Shown piece by piece: positions 8,447-18,694 of a stretch of DNA of 44,740 nt. This DNA comes from Synechococcus sp. Lineage in GTDB: Bacteria; Cyanobacteriota; Cyanobacteriia; Thermostichales; PCC-7336. The notes beneath the pieces were generated by a model that did no database searches, was not told the DNA's origin, and was given only the letters and a program-made list of their open reading frames with translations. Within the stretch, counting starts at the first letter, position 1, and each line of letters starts with the position of its first letter. Location of the stretch: contig JBFRWD010000170.1 of the NCBI GenBank assembly GCA_051439425.1, positions 1-44,740 of the forward strand. The letters run 5' to 3'. The translations under genes were made by a program, and so were the position numbers.

Positions 8447-9607
8447 TCAGAAGGGACCCCCGTCCGAAATATCGAATATCAGGCAGTCTTCAATGACATC
8501 TCCAGCTACACTCGTCTCGCGCGTAAAACCGATGGTGACGGGGCCGCTGGCAGTCTCGATCACCTGCTCTCTCTCCCGAACGATGTCGATTCTAGGCAGC
8601 CGCAGAGAATCATCAAAGGCGATTTCAGAGTGGAATTCCAACCTGAAATCATTGCGTGAGAGCTCCGCTTCGAAACCGAATTCCAGTTCTTCGATCTCGA
8701 AGAGAGGTCTTCTGCGCCTTCCCCTGCGACCTCTGGGATTGAGCAGTTCGTCATACAGATCCCCGTCGTACCCTACAATCACTTCCCCAAATGGGGCGAA
8801 GGGGTCATCGACATTCGCGCTATTGCCTCTCTTCTTTGCCCTTGATGGGCTCGCGGATAGAAGATCGAAGCCGGGATTTCTACGTCTTGAACCTCGACCT
8901 TTAAAGATGCCACCTGCCAAGATAAAGTCCTTTAGCCCCCCCAAAGAGACGGGAGCAAATTCGATTGTCACTTCGCGCTGGCTCGCTAGCGACGATTCTC
9001 CATCAAGGTCTGTAACGAATACCCTATCGCTACTTTGACTCAGTTCGGGGGTCAGCCGCAGGTTAAAGCTCTGGGAAATCTCGGCCGTTTCGCCGATGGT
9101 TATTTCGGAAATGGGTTCCAAAAAGGGAACGTCCCCATCCTCTCCCAAGCCCAGAACGGCGATCAGATCTGCCAACAGGTTTTGCACTCGTCCGGTGGTT
9201 CCATCATCGAGATCCCAAACAAGGTCGAAGGGATTGGCACCATCGCTACTACGGTAAGCAGGTAGGGGTAGAGGGCCGCCTATCTCAACGAAGAAGCGAT
9301 TAAATTCGGTGTAAGCACTGTCAAGGAAGCCTCGGGTAGAGCTAGTGGTGCCGTCATCAATATCCCAAATGAGTTCGAAGGGACTGACATCATCTGTTGA
9401 ACCACCATCGGATCCGGAACCGTCGCCAAAGTCGAAGTCGTCAAATCGCGACCTGAGTCGTTGCAACGAGCGGCGCCCTCGCTGGTTAAAAGTATCTAAC
9501 AAACCTCCGGAAATTCCGCGTTCGACTGGCTCGGGCAAGCCATCCTCGCTGAAAAGCTTCAGTAATTTAGGAGGCGAGTTACTTTGCCCATTACGAACAA
9601 GATTCAT
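8447..9607 (-). CDS. Hypothetical acidic protein (386 aa) with an internal repeat and Arg-rich patches
   Basis: Long ORF with AGGAGG SD just upstream of ATG 9607. No family recognised. Confidence 0.75.
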   Translation of the reverse strand: MNLVRNGQSNSPPKLLKLFSEDGLPEPVERGISGGLLDTFNQRGRRSLQRLRSRFDDFDFGDGSGSDGGSTDDVSPFELIWDIDDGTTSSTRGFLDSAYTEFNRFFVEIGGPLPLPAYRSSDGANPFDLVWDLDDGTTGRVQNLLADLIAVLGLGEDGDVPFLEPISEITIGETAEISQSFNLRLTPELSQSSDRVFVTDLDGESSLASQREVTIEFAPVSLGGLKDFILAGGIFKGRGSRRRNPGFDLLSASPSRAKKRGNSANVDDPFAPFGEVIVGYDGDLYDELLNPRGRRGRRRRPLFEIEELEFGFEAELSRNDFRLEFHSEIAFDDSLRLPRIDIVREREQVIETASGPVTIGFTRETSVAGDVIEDCLIFDISDGGPF

Positions 9608-9750
9608 GTATCCTCCTGAGACTCTTCAGTCCCTATAGGATATTGTGCGGCACTAACTTTCCTTACAACACTTAAACAAACTGTAGTGTGCCAATGTTCT
9701 GCCAGAAATCCAGGTCTACATTTGCTGCGTCGAAATCCTGCAAAATTAAG

Positions 9751-10362
9751 AAGTTGTTGACGATTTTGTCAGATCTGGGATCTCAGCCAGAAGCAATCAG
9801 CCTGTTAAGCTGAGTAACCCCTACCTTGCATATGTCATAACTGCGGTCGCACCTTCAACGAACGGACAGGTACTCCCTTCAATTTCATTGAAGTTCCAAC
9901 CGATATCGTCTTTCAAGTGCTGTTCTCTCGAGTCCGATTCAAGCTCAGTCTGCGCGATCTGGTGGAGTTCTTTTTGCTTCGAGGATTCGAATTCACCCAT
10001 GAGACGGTAAGGGATTGGGAGGAGAGATTCATTCCCATATTCATCCATCAGTTGAGAGACAAACGTCGAGGAACAGTCAATCGCAGCTGGTTTGTGGGAG
10101 ACGTTCATCAAAGTCCGGGGAACGAACTGCTACCTGTATCGAGCCATCGATTCGGACGGCAATCTAGTCGGTTCTATGCTGAGCCGGAAGAGAGACGTGG
10201 TAGCAGCTAAAGCCTTTTTCCGATAGGCGCTGGAGTTGGCGACACAACCTCCAGAGGTGGTGGTCACTGATGGATTGACCTCTAATCCGTGAGCGATCTC
10301 TCAAGAATTAGGGACAGACGTCAAGCATGAGCGCCGCGGCTGTCAGGGCAATCCGGTCGAGC
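9751..10362 (+). mobile_element. Degenerate IS6-family transposase
   Basis: From 9833: CHNCGRTFNERTGTPFN...RFKLSLRDLVEFFLLRGFEFTHETVRDWE...SWFV, a frameshift at the first catalytic Asp (~10097), then ETFIKVRG...YLYRAIDSDGNLV...MLSRKRD..AAKAFFR* ...VVTDG...*. Truncated before the final Glu region. Possible left end near 9751. Confidence 0.88.
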
Positions 10363-10718
10363 CAAGAAGCACACTCTAATTGCACTTAATCTGGGTCCAA
10401 AATCGCCGTTATTGCAGGTCCTGACGAGCTTTACTGTGGGCGCTACAAATATGGCAAGCATAACTCTTTCGATTTACGTTGAAAATCTGCCTGAAACAAA
10501 CCCCACCGATTATTGTCCAGTAAGAAGAAACAGTTGCTAACCTTGCGTGCATCAATCCCGAAATACTTCTGAAGTGACCTGCGATCGAGATCGCACCCAT
10601 AGCTAGATAGCGATCGCTGAGAGCCACCTATGACCAGCCTTATAAGGGACTTGTAACGGTCTTCTTTCCAACAAGTGCGGCTCCTCAAAATCCTTACAGT
10701 TACTGGAAATCAAGAACA

Positions 10719-12956
10719 ATGGCATTCATTAGCCTCGACAACTCTGACAACTTTCGCATTGGAACCAGTGACGCCGATCGGATTTTGGGCAATGGAGGCA
10801 ATGACACCCTATTTGGCATCGGTGGCCAAGATATGCTTGAGGGCGGCCGAGGCAAAGATTCTCTCTCTGGTGGTTCAGGGAAAGACTTTTTGGTGGGGGG
10901 GGGAGGTAACGACACCCTAAATGGCGGTGCCGGTTTCGATACAGCAATCATTAACCCCATTCAGAGTGCGATCGTCTCCGACACGCGAATTATTGGCCAA
11001 GGCCGCGATTCCATCTCGAGTATCGAGCTTATAAGCGTCAACGGTAACGTTAAAGACCAACTCTTTAATGCGCACAATTTCAGTGGCCGTGTTTTCCTGT
11101 CTGGTGGTGATGGCAGTGACACCTTGATAGGCGGCAAGAACGACGACACTCTCTTGGGGGGAGGAGAAGAGCGCAACCGTTTGGACGGCGGTAATGGCAA
11201 TGACTCTTTGGAGGGCGGTAGTAGCCACGACAAATTGGACGGCGGTAAAGGCAACGACACGTTGGACGGCGGCAGTGGCTATGACAAGGCATATATCGAT
11301 GCGACTGGCAATGTCGAAATCACCAACAGTCAAATCACGGGTCAAGGAACTGATTCCATTACCAGCATCGAAGGAGTCTACGTAACGGGTGGCGCCAACA
11401 ACCAAAGGTTGGATGCCCAATTCTTCAGCGGTCGGGTCTCTCTTAATGCTCTGGGTGGCAATGACACCTTGCTGGGAGCCTCTGGTCCCGACACCCTGAT
11501 GGGAGGCGCTGGTGACGACAGCCTTTATGGTTTCTCTGGCGATGACTCCCTGATGGGAGGCAGTGGTAACGACTTCCTTTCGGGGGGCGATGGCGATGAC
11601 TCCCTGAATGGTGGTGACGGAACCGACAGGGCATACGTCAGAGCTAGTGGAAACGTGTTTGTCAACAATACTCAGCTTAGTGGCGATGACACTATCAGCC
11701 TCAGTAGCATCGAACGTGTTGTTGCTAGCGCTTATGGTAGTTCTAGCAACCAATACATGGCTGCCACCGAGTTTGATGGCTCTGTTAAGTTTTCGGGTTA
11801 TGGCGGTAACGACAGCCTGTACGGCACTAAATCGGGTGACGATATCCTTCAGGGTGGCAGCGGCGATGACTATCTGCGGGGGTACGGTGGCGACGATAAC
11901 CTCTACGGCGAAGAGGGGTTTGATACTGCTCAATTTAATTCGGCTGGCGATATCAGAGCCACCAACAATCGGGTGACGGGGCAAGGCACGGATTTCATTA
12001 ACAGCATCGAGCAACTGAACCTTCGCGGAAACAAAAACGATCAAAGGATTGATGCCGAGGATTTCAGCGGTCAGTCCAGCCTATTTGGTCTTGGTGGCAA
12101 AGATACACTGCTGGCTGGAGCGAACAACGACACTTTGGATGGTGGTGCCCAAGCAGATTTATTGTGGGGTGGTGCAGGGGATGATGACATTAACGGTGGA
12201 GCTGGTTTTGATACCGCTGCGTTCGACGCGAATATATCCTTTACCCTAACCAACTCCACAGCCACCGGTCAGGGCACCGATAGCATCACCAATATCGAGC
12301 TCGTGCACGTAGACGGCTTAAACCAGAGTGACGATATTGACGCAACAGCGTTTAGCAAACGCACTATCTTACAGGGTGGTTCGGGTAACGACTCCCTAAA
12401 GGGTGGTAGTAACAGAGACGAACTATTTGGTGAATCGGATCGCGACTTGTTGGAAGGAAACGCTGGCAATGACTTGCTGCGCGGCGGTGCTGGTAAGGAT
12501 GTCCTCAAAGGCGGCGATGGCAATGACACCCTGATTGGCGGTACAGGCAATGATGTCTTGCTCGGTGGATTGGGTCAGGATGTGCTCACCAGTGGCACCG
12601 TCAATGACCGCGATACCTTTGTCTACAACAATATTGTTCAGGGCCGCGACCTGATTACAGACTTCGATCGCGTCGGTTCCACCAAAGACAAGTTCCGTAT
12701 ATCAGCATCAGGTTTTGCGGCCACGGGTGGAGCGTCTGACCTGACTGCCGGTAAGCTGCCTAACAGCAAAATTGTGGGCATTAACGGCAATCTTGGTTCC
12801 AGCGCTGGTTTCCGGTACAAGCAAGCCAACGGCAAGCTGTTCTTCGACAGCGACGGTGGTGACAAGTTCTCCGGTTTATCCTTGCTGGCGACCGTTGAGA
12901 ACGGAGGCTCCGCAGTTGGCCTCAACGCAATCCGTAACTCCATCCTTGTTGTCTAG
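10719..12956 (+). CDS. RTX/hemolysin-type Ca2+-binding repeat protein (probable type I secretion substrate)
   Basis: Many GGxGxDxL nonapeptides, five longer spacer modules (GQGTDSI.SIE), no signal peptide, C-terminal DLITDF...FRY...GKLFFDSDG region. Confidence 0.9.
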   Translation: MAFISLDNSDNFRIGTSDADRILGNGGNDTLFGIGGQDMLEGGRGKDSLSGGSGKDFLVGGGGNDTLNGGAGFDTAIINPIQSAIVSDTRIIGQGRDSISSIELISVNGNVKDQLFNAHNFSGRVFLSGGDGSDTLIGGKNDDTLLGGGEERNRLDGGNGNDSLEGGSSHDKLDGGKGNDTLDGGSGYDKAYIDATGNVEITNSQITGQGTDSITSIEGVYVTGGANNQRLDAQFFSGRVSLNALGGNDTLLGASGPDTLMGGAGDDSLYGFSGDDSLMGGSGNDFLSGGDGDDSLNGGDGTDRAYVRASGNVFVNNTQLSGDDTISLSSIERVVASAYGSSSNQYMAATEFDGSVKFSGYGGNDSLYGTKSGDDILQGGSGDDYLRGYGGDDNLYGEEGFDTAQFNSAGDIRATNNRVTGQGTDFINSIEQLNLRGNKNDQRIDAEDFSGQSSLFGLGGKDTLLAGANNDTLDGGAQADLLWGGAGDDDINGGAGFDTAAFDANISFTLTNSTATGQGTDSITNIELVHVDGLNQSDDIDATAFSKRTILQGGSGNDSLKGGSNRDELFGESDRDLLEGNAGNDLLRGGAGKDVLKGGDGNDTLIGGTGNDVLLGGLGQDVLTSGTVNDRDTFVYNNIVQGRDLITDFDRVGSTKDKFRISASGFAATGGASDLTAGKLPNSKIVGINGNLGSSAGFRYKQANGKLFFDSDGGDKFSGLSLLATVENGGSAVGLNAIRNSILVV

Positions 12957-13257
12957 CTTCCAAGAGAGCAGGCGAGTGGGTACTGTCAGCTGCAGCTGAT
13001 TGGTCCCTGAAACTTGTGAGAAATGCGGGTGCTCTCTCTTGGCCTGACAGTGGTTTGGGATAGATCGCCCACGAGGTCTCAACTACTCAAGACCTGTATT
13101 TCTGGATATCATTCATGCTGTTGCGCTCTATTTAAGTGCAACAGAGGGTTGCGCACACAATCTGTCTGGACAACGTTAGGTGGAAAAGAACCGAGTCGCT
13201 AGAGTCGCAGGCAAATGGATTTGCGAACAAATATAGCGTTTGGTGAGGCGACTTTGT

Positions 13258-13524
13258 ATGCGTGGTTTAAGGCGGCTAATTCCTCAAGATCTTCAGGATT
13301 CTCTGAATGCCAATCCTATTTTTCAGTGGATTGTCGTTGTTCTGCTGGGGTTTGTCGGACTCTCGTTTGTTTTCACAGGTTTCAACGGAGTAAAGAACGG
13401 GCGCATGAGGGGAAAGTACGGGCGGGTACTGGAGGGAACCGCTGCAAAATTTCTCGGGATCGTCTATATCCTGCTAGGAATTATCATGTCGGGCTTGGCG
13501 GTATCAATGAAGCTGACATCGTAA
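13258..13524 (+). CDS. Small hypothetical membrane protein (two TM helices)
   Basis: Track ORF 13240..13524, with ATG at 13258. Two clear hydrophobic segments (WIVVVLLGFVGLSFVFTGF; FLGIVYILLGIIMSGLAV) are linked by a basic loop (RMRGKYGRVLEG). Confidence 0.6.
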   Translation: MRGLRRLIPQDLQDSLNANPIFQWIVVVLLGFVGLSFVFTGFNGVKNGRMRGKYGRVLEGTAAKFLGIVYILLGIIMSGLAVSMKLTS

Positions 13525-13757
13525 ATATATATATTGATCTCCGCAATCCGCTACGGAAGGTTTTCCAATCATCTCTTCTTGTCAATTTAGGCTTTGAGCT
13601 ATCTACAGACTCCAGACCTCAGAGCGGATTGCCATTCATCACAGCTAAGGTTAAGAACTGGAACGACAATCCACCGCGATTGGGCGACTGCTGGTATTCG
13701 AGAGAGAGGGCACTGCTTGGCGATCGCCGTCATGTCCCCGTTGTTATCAGTAAAGAC

Positions 13758-15785
13758 ATGATGCTGACATTTGGGCGAGAAACTTGCGGTGATTTGTCCA
13801 TTTCGGAACGGCGAGAGTGGCTGGTGACCAACGGCATTGGCGGCTTTGCCTCGGGGACGGTGGCAGGGCTTTTAACTCGTCGGTATCACGGTTTATTGGT
13901 GGCGGCATTACAGCCACCGTTGGGTCGCACGCTGCTGATGGCAAAGCTAGACGAGACGGTTGTGTATGGTGGAGATCGCTACGAATTAGCCACCAATCGC
14001 TGGGCAAGCGGAGCCATCGATCCTGCTGGATTTCGGTATATCGAACAGTTTCGTTTAGAGGGAACAACCCCCGTTTGGACGTTTGCCTGCGCTGATGCTC
14101 TGCTAGAAAAGTGCATATGGATGCAGCCTGGAGCCAACACGACCTACGTGCGCTACTGCCTGCGGCGAGCCAGTGCTCCGATGTCCCTATCCCTGAAGGT
14201 CTTGGTCAATTATCGGGGCTTTCACCGCACCACTCAGGTCGATGGCTGGCAGATGCAGATCGATCGCCTGCCCAGTGGTATTGCCGTTACAGCGTTTGCA
14301 GAGGCAACTCCGTTTTACGTGTTGAGCGATCGCGGAACGTTTCAGCGTTGCTCGGACTGGTATCGCGGATTCGATTTGGTTGTGGAACGATATCGGGGAT
14401 TAGGCGATCGCGACGATCATCTTCATGCGGCGACTGTGGCGGTCGAGCTGGAACCGGGTGCTTCGCTACTCATGGCAGTTTCTACCGAAGCCGAACCCGA
14501 GATGGATGCGGAGATCGCGTGGGCAGCTCTCCACGCCTACGAGACGCAACTGTTGGCACAAGCAAGCCCCTCTGGCAATTCACCTATCCAGCCCCCTTGG
14601 GTCGATCGGCTCGTGTTGGCGGCAGATCAATTCATCGTAGATCGCCCAATTGACTGCGATACGGAGGATTCCGAGATGGACGGCAAAACCGTTATCGCGG
14701 GCTATCCGTGGTTTGGAGATTGGGGGCGCGACACCATGATTAGCCTGCCGGGGTTAACCACTGCAGTAGGTCGCTCGGACATTGCACGCACGATTATTCG
14801 TACGTTTTCCCGCTATCTCGATCGCGGTATGTTGCCCAACGTGTTTCCCGATGCTGGCGAGCAACCGGGCTACAACACTGTCGATGCCATTCTTTGGTAC
14901 TTCGAAGCCATTCGAGGGTATTTTGCCGCTACGGGCGATCGAGATCTCTTGCAGGAGGTTTGGCCTGCATTGGTGGAGGTAATTGACTGGCATCGGCGTG
15001 GAACTCGATACAACATTCACGTCGATCGCGATGGGTTGATTTACGCTGGCGAAGCGGGGGTTCAGCTGACCTGGATGGATGCCAAAGTAGGGGATTGGGT
15101 GGTGACTCCAAGGATTGGTAAGCCGATTGAAATTAGCGCCCTTTGGTACAACGCCCTACGCAGTATGGAACAGTTTGCCGTGGTTTTAGGGGAACCGGCT
15201 GAGAAATTCCAGGCAATGGCACACCAGACTCTGACGGGCTTCCAACGATTTTGGGCTGGGGATAAAGGCTATTGTTACGACCTCTTGGATGGTCCCGACG
15301 GCCACGATGATGCGTTGCGACCTAACCAGATTTTTGCAGTGTCTCTGCCGCTGGTCAGCGATCGGGATGGTCGCTCGCTCCTCGATCGCCACCAGCAGAA
15401 ATCAATCGTTGATGTTTGCGGACGGACACTACTGACCTCCCATGGATTGCGATCGCTGGCCCCCACCCATCCCGATTACGTTGGCCGCTATGCCGGGGGG
15501 CCGCTGCAGCGGGATGGTGCCTATCATCAGGGCACGACCTGGGGCTGGTTGCTTGGCCCTTACATTCAGGCTCATCTACAGGTTTACAACGACGTTCGGC
15601 AAGCCGAGGCATTGTTAGAGCCGATGGTGCGCCATTTATCAGGTGCCGGCATTGGCACTCTGAGCGAAATATTTGATGGAGATGCTCCTATGGCACCCCG
15701 TGGATGCTGTGCTCAGGCTTGGACCGTGGCTGAGGTGTTGCGAGTGTGGCGGTTGTTAACTGCACATAACGATCGCGGTTTTTAA
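13758..15785 (+). CDS. Glycogen debranching enzyme-like amylo-alpha-1,6-glucosidase
   Basis: [74 protein letters not shown]. The family N-terminus begins at ATG 13758; the track's 181-aa extension is non-homologous. Confidence 0.92.
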   Translation: MMLTFGRETCGDLSISERREWLVTNGIGGFASGTVAGLLTRRYHGLLVAALQPPLGRTLLMAKLDETVVYGGDRYELATNRWASGAIDPAGFRYIEQFRLEGTTPVWTFACADALLEKCIWMQPGANTTYVRYCLRRASAPMSLSLKVLVNYRGFHRTTQVDGWQMQIDRLPSGIAVTAFAEATPFYVLSDRGTFQRCSDWYRGFDLVVERYRGLGDRDDHLHAATVAVELEPGASLLMAVSTEAEPEMDAEIAWAALHAYETQLLAQASPSGNSPIQPPWVDRLVLAADQFIVDRPIDCDTEDSEMDGKTVIAGYPWFGDWGRDTMISLPGLTTAVGRSDIARTIIRTFSRYLDRGMLPNVFPDAGEQPGYNTVDAILWYFEAIRGYFAATGDRDLLQEVWPALVEVIDWHRRGTRYNIHVDRDGLIYAGEAGVQLTWMDAKVGDWVVTPRIGKPIEISALWYNALRSMEQFAVVLGEPAEKFQAMAHQTLTGFQRFWAGDKGYCYDLLDGPDGHDDALRPNQIFAVSLPLVSDRDGRSLLDRHQQKSIVDVCGRTLLTSHGLRSLAPTHPDYVGRYAGGPLQRDGAYHQGTTWGWLLGPYIQAHLQVYNDVRQAEALLEPMVRHLSGAGIGTLSEIFDGDAPMAPRGCCAQAWTVAEVLRVWRLLTAHNDRGF

Positions 15786-15841
15786 TCTCTCTCTCAATCA
15801 CTCTTTGTATAACTGTGGTTCCAAGTCTTGGGGATATCGTC

Positions 15842-18517
15842 ATGAATGCCGAATGCCAACGCCTAGACGAATGCCGCGATCTCCAAATCCCTTGGAAGCG
15901 CTGGGGGCCGTATCTCAGCGAACGGCAGTGGGGCACGGTGCGCGAAGACTATAGCGAGCATGGCGAAGCCTGGGATTATTTCTCGCACGACCAAGCCCGA
16001 TCTAGAGCCTATCGCTGGGGGGAAGATGGACTGTTGGGAATTTCGGACGACCAACAGCAGTTATGCTTTGCGATCGCATTGTGGAACGGTAACGACCCCA
16101 TCTTGAAAGAGCGCATCTTTGGCCTGACAGGGAATCAGGGCAACCACGGCGAAGACGTCAAAGACTATTATTTCTATCTCGACAGCACCCCCACCCATTC
16201 CTACATGAAGGGGTTGTACAAATATCCCCAAGCCGCATTTCCCTATCACCAGTTAGAGCGAGAAAACCGCGATCGAGAGCGAAGGGATATGGAATACGAA
16301 CTGCTCGACACCGGAGTGTTTGACGAGAACCGTTACTTTGATGTGCGGGTGGAATATGCCAAGGAATCGGCAGACGACATACTCATACGCATCAGCATTA
16401 GCAATCGCGGCCCCGATCCCCATACTGTGCACCTGCTGCCCACCTTATGGTTTAGGAACACATGGTCGTGGCACTCAAGCTCCGCCCCTCCCGTTTTGAA
16501 AGAGCAATCGAGTAGAGACAATCTCCACGTTGTGCTCGCTTCTCACCCCAGCTTGGGACAGCGGTGGTTGTATTGCGAGCAGGCCGATCGCCTTCTGTTC
16601 ACCAACAACGAAACCAACGTTCAGCGTCTGTTCGACGTAGAGAATGGTAGCCCCTACGTCAAAGATGGAATTCATCGATATGTGGTGGGCGGGGAAACGG
16701 ACGCGGTTAATCCCGATATGGTGGGAACGAAAGTTTCTCCCCACTACCTGCTAGAGATTCCTGCTGGGGCCACTCGGGTGGTGCTATTGCGTCTTTGCGA
16801 TCGCTACGATATCGATCGACCATTTGGCCCCGAATTCGATACGACTTTTCAGAACCGCTTGGCTGAAGCAGATGAGTTCTTTGCCAGCCTCAACCCCAAG
16901 CCTTTTAGCGCGGATTTAAGCAATATTCAGCGACAGGCGATCGCCGGTTTGTTGTGGAGCAAGCAGTATTACTACTACGACGTTGAAGATTGGTTGCAGG
17001 GAGATCCGCAGCAGCCGGCCCCGGAGGATGCCCGTCGCAGGGGTCGAAATCGCCAGTGGCGTCACCTTAACGCTGCCGACATTATCTCCATGCCAGACAA
17101 ATGGGAATATCCCTGGTTTGCCGCTTGGGATTTAGCATTTCATGCCGTACCGCTGGCGATCGTGGATGTAGAGTTTGCCAAGACCCAGCTCGATATCATG
17201 ACGCGGGAATGGTACATGCACCCCAACGGCCAGCTCCCGGCTTATGAGTGGGCTCTTGGGGATGTCAATCCTCCCGTGCATGCCTGGGCTACCTGGCGAG
17301 TATACAAGATCGAACAAAAGCAGCGGGGGCAGGGGGATCTGCAGTTTCTGGAACGGGTGTTTCAAAAGCTCTTGCTCAACTTTACGTGGTGGGTCAATCG
17401 TAAAGACACCGATGGCAACAACGTCTTTGAGGGGGGCTTTTTAGGACTGGACAACATTGGTGTGTTCGATCGCAGCGCCCCCCTACCCACCGGCGGACGC
17501 ATCGAGCAGGCGGATGGCACCAGTTGGATGGCGATGTACAGCCTCAATATGCTGACCATTGCACTGGAGTTAGCTCGACACAATCCTGTCTACGAGGATA
17601 TGGCGACCAAGTTCTTCGAGCATTTTTTGTATATTGCCGATGCCATGAATCATGTTGGGGATACCAAAACCCAACTGTGGGATGAAGAGGATGGCTTTTT
17701 CTACGATGTGCTGCATTTACCGAACGGGGAGCGAATTCGGCTTAAAGTGCGATCGATGGTGGGGTTGATTCCCCTGTTTGCTGTTATGACGTTGGAACCC
17801 GAATTACTCAAGACGCTACCTGGGTTTAAGGAACGGTTGGAGTGGTTTGTCGAGTACCGCACCGACCTCAAGCGTAATGTCGCTTGTATGGAGATGCAGG
17901 GGGAAGGAGCGCGGCGCATGTTGGCGCTCTGTTACGTCACTCTAGACCGAGTAGAGGGTGGCGATAAGCTGCGTCGCATTCTGTCAAAGTTATTGGATGA
18001 ATCGGAATTTCTCAGCGACTACGGTATTCGAGCCCTGTCTCGCCACCATGCAGACTCTCCTTACATCTTTCACGTCAATGGAGAACAGCATCGGGTGGAT
18101 TACGAACCGGCAGAATCCAGCAGTGGATTGTTTGGGGGCAATTCCAATTGGCGAGGCCCCATTTGGTTTCCGGTCAATTATTTGATTATTGAATCACTAC
18201 AAAAATTTCACCATTACGTTGGAGATGACTTTTGGGTGGAATGTCCGACCGGGTCAGGAAATATGATGACGTTGTGGGAGGTGGCGGCAGAGCTGTCGCG
18301 GCGGCTGATTCGCATTTTCACACAAGATGAATCCGGCCGCAGGCCGCTGTATGGAGGCATCGAGCCGTTCCAAACGGATCCCCATTGGCACGACTCCATT
18401 TTGTTTTACGAATACTTTCATGGGGATAACGGAGCTGGAATTGGAGCTAGCCATCAAACGGGCTGGACTGGGTTAGTCGCCAAGTTGATCCAGCAAAGTG
18501 GAGATTCAATTATTTGA
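15842..18517 (+). CDS. GH63-like / MGH1-like glycoside hydrolase (glucosidase)
   Basis: [85 protein letters not shown]. Confidence 0.92.
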   Translation: MNAECQRLDECRDLQIPWKRWGPYLSERQWGTVREDYSEHGEAWDYFSHDQARSRAYRWGEDGLLGISDDQQQLCFAIALWNGNDPILKERIFGLTGNQGNHGEDVKDYYFYLDSTPTHSYMKGLYKYPQAAFPYHQLERENRDRERRDMEYELLDTGVFDENRYFDVRVEYAKESADDILIRISISNRGPDPHTVHLLPTLWFRNTWSWHSSSAPPVLKEQSSRDNLHVVLASHPSLGQRWLYCEQADRLLFTNNETNVQRLFDVENGSPYVKDGIHRYVVGGETDAVNPDMVGTKVSPHYLLEIPAGATRVVLLRLCDRYDIDRPFGPEFDTTFQNRLAEADEFFASLNPKPFSADLSNIQRQAIAGLLWSKQYYYYDVEDWLQGDPQQPAPEDARRRGRNRQWRHLNAADIISMPDKWEYPWFAAWDLAFHAVPLAIVDVEFAKTQLDIMTREWYMHPNGQLPAYEWALGDVNPPVHAWATWRVYKIEQKQRGQGDLQFLERVFQKLLLNFTWWVNRKDTDGNNVFEGGFLGLDNIGVFDRSAPLPTGGRIEQADGTSWMAMYSLNMLTIALELARHNPVYEDMATKFFEHFLYIADAMNHVGDTKTQLWDEEDGFFYDVLHLPNGERIRLKVRSMVGLIPLFAVMTLEPELLKTLPGFKERLEWFVEYRTDLKRNVACMEMQGEGARRMLALCYVTLDRVEGGDKLRRILSKLLDESEFLSDYGIRALSRHHADSPYIFHVNGEQHRVDYEPAESSSGLFGGNSNWRGPIWFPVNYLIIESLQKFHHYVGDDFWVECPTGSGNMMTLWEVAAELSRRLIRIFTQDESGRRPLYGGIEPFQTDPHWHDSILFYEYFHGDNGAGIGASHQTGWTGLVAKLIQQSGDSII

Positions 18518-18694
18518 CGGAGGGCAAATATTGTCCGACAAGCCTGTCTAGACTGTAGTAAAGAGATCCCGGTTCAAACAACTTTATTCCTTGTTCGGTT
18601 TAGGATATTAGCCAGTGCTGTAGTTGATTAAAGTTGGCATAGAGCCAACTTTAATCATGCGGTCAAAACTTCAGTTTTTCACAGGACATTCCTA

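Noticed and set aside
10409..10688. Short minus-strand ORFs between IS6 and the RTX gene
   Set aside because: No motifs or SD; likely the promoter region of the RTX gene.
10917..12044. 375-aa minus-strand ORF
   Set aside because: Antisense shadow of the repetitive RTX gene.
13215..13757. N-terminal extension of the debranching enzyme
   Set aside because: Non-homologous composition, overlaps a better ORF, and the family start is at 13758.
13758..18517. Debranching enzyme plus GH63-like pair as a novel system
   Set aside because: A commonly seen gene pair; glgP is 24 kb away and not linked.
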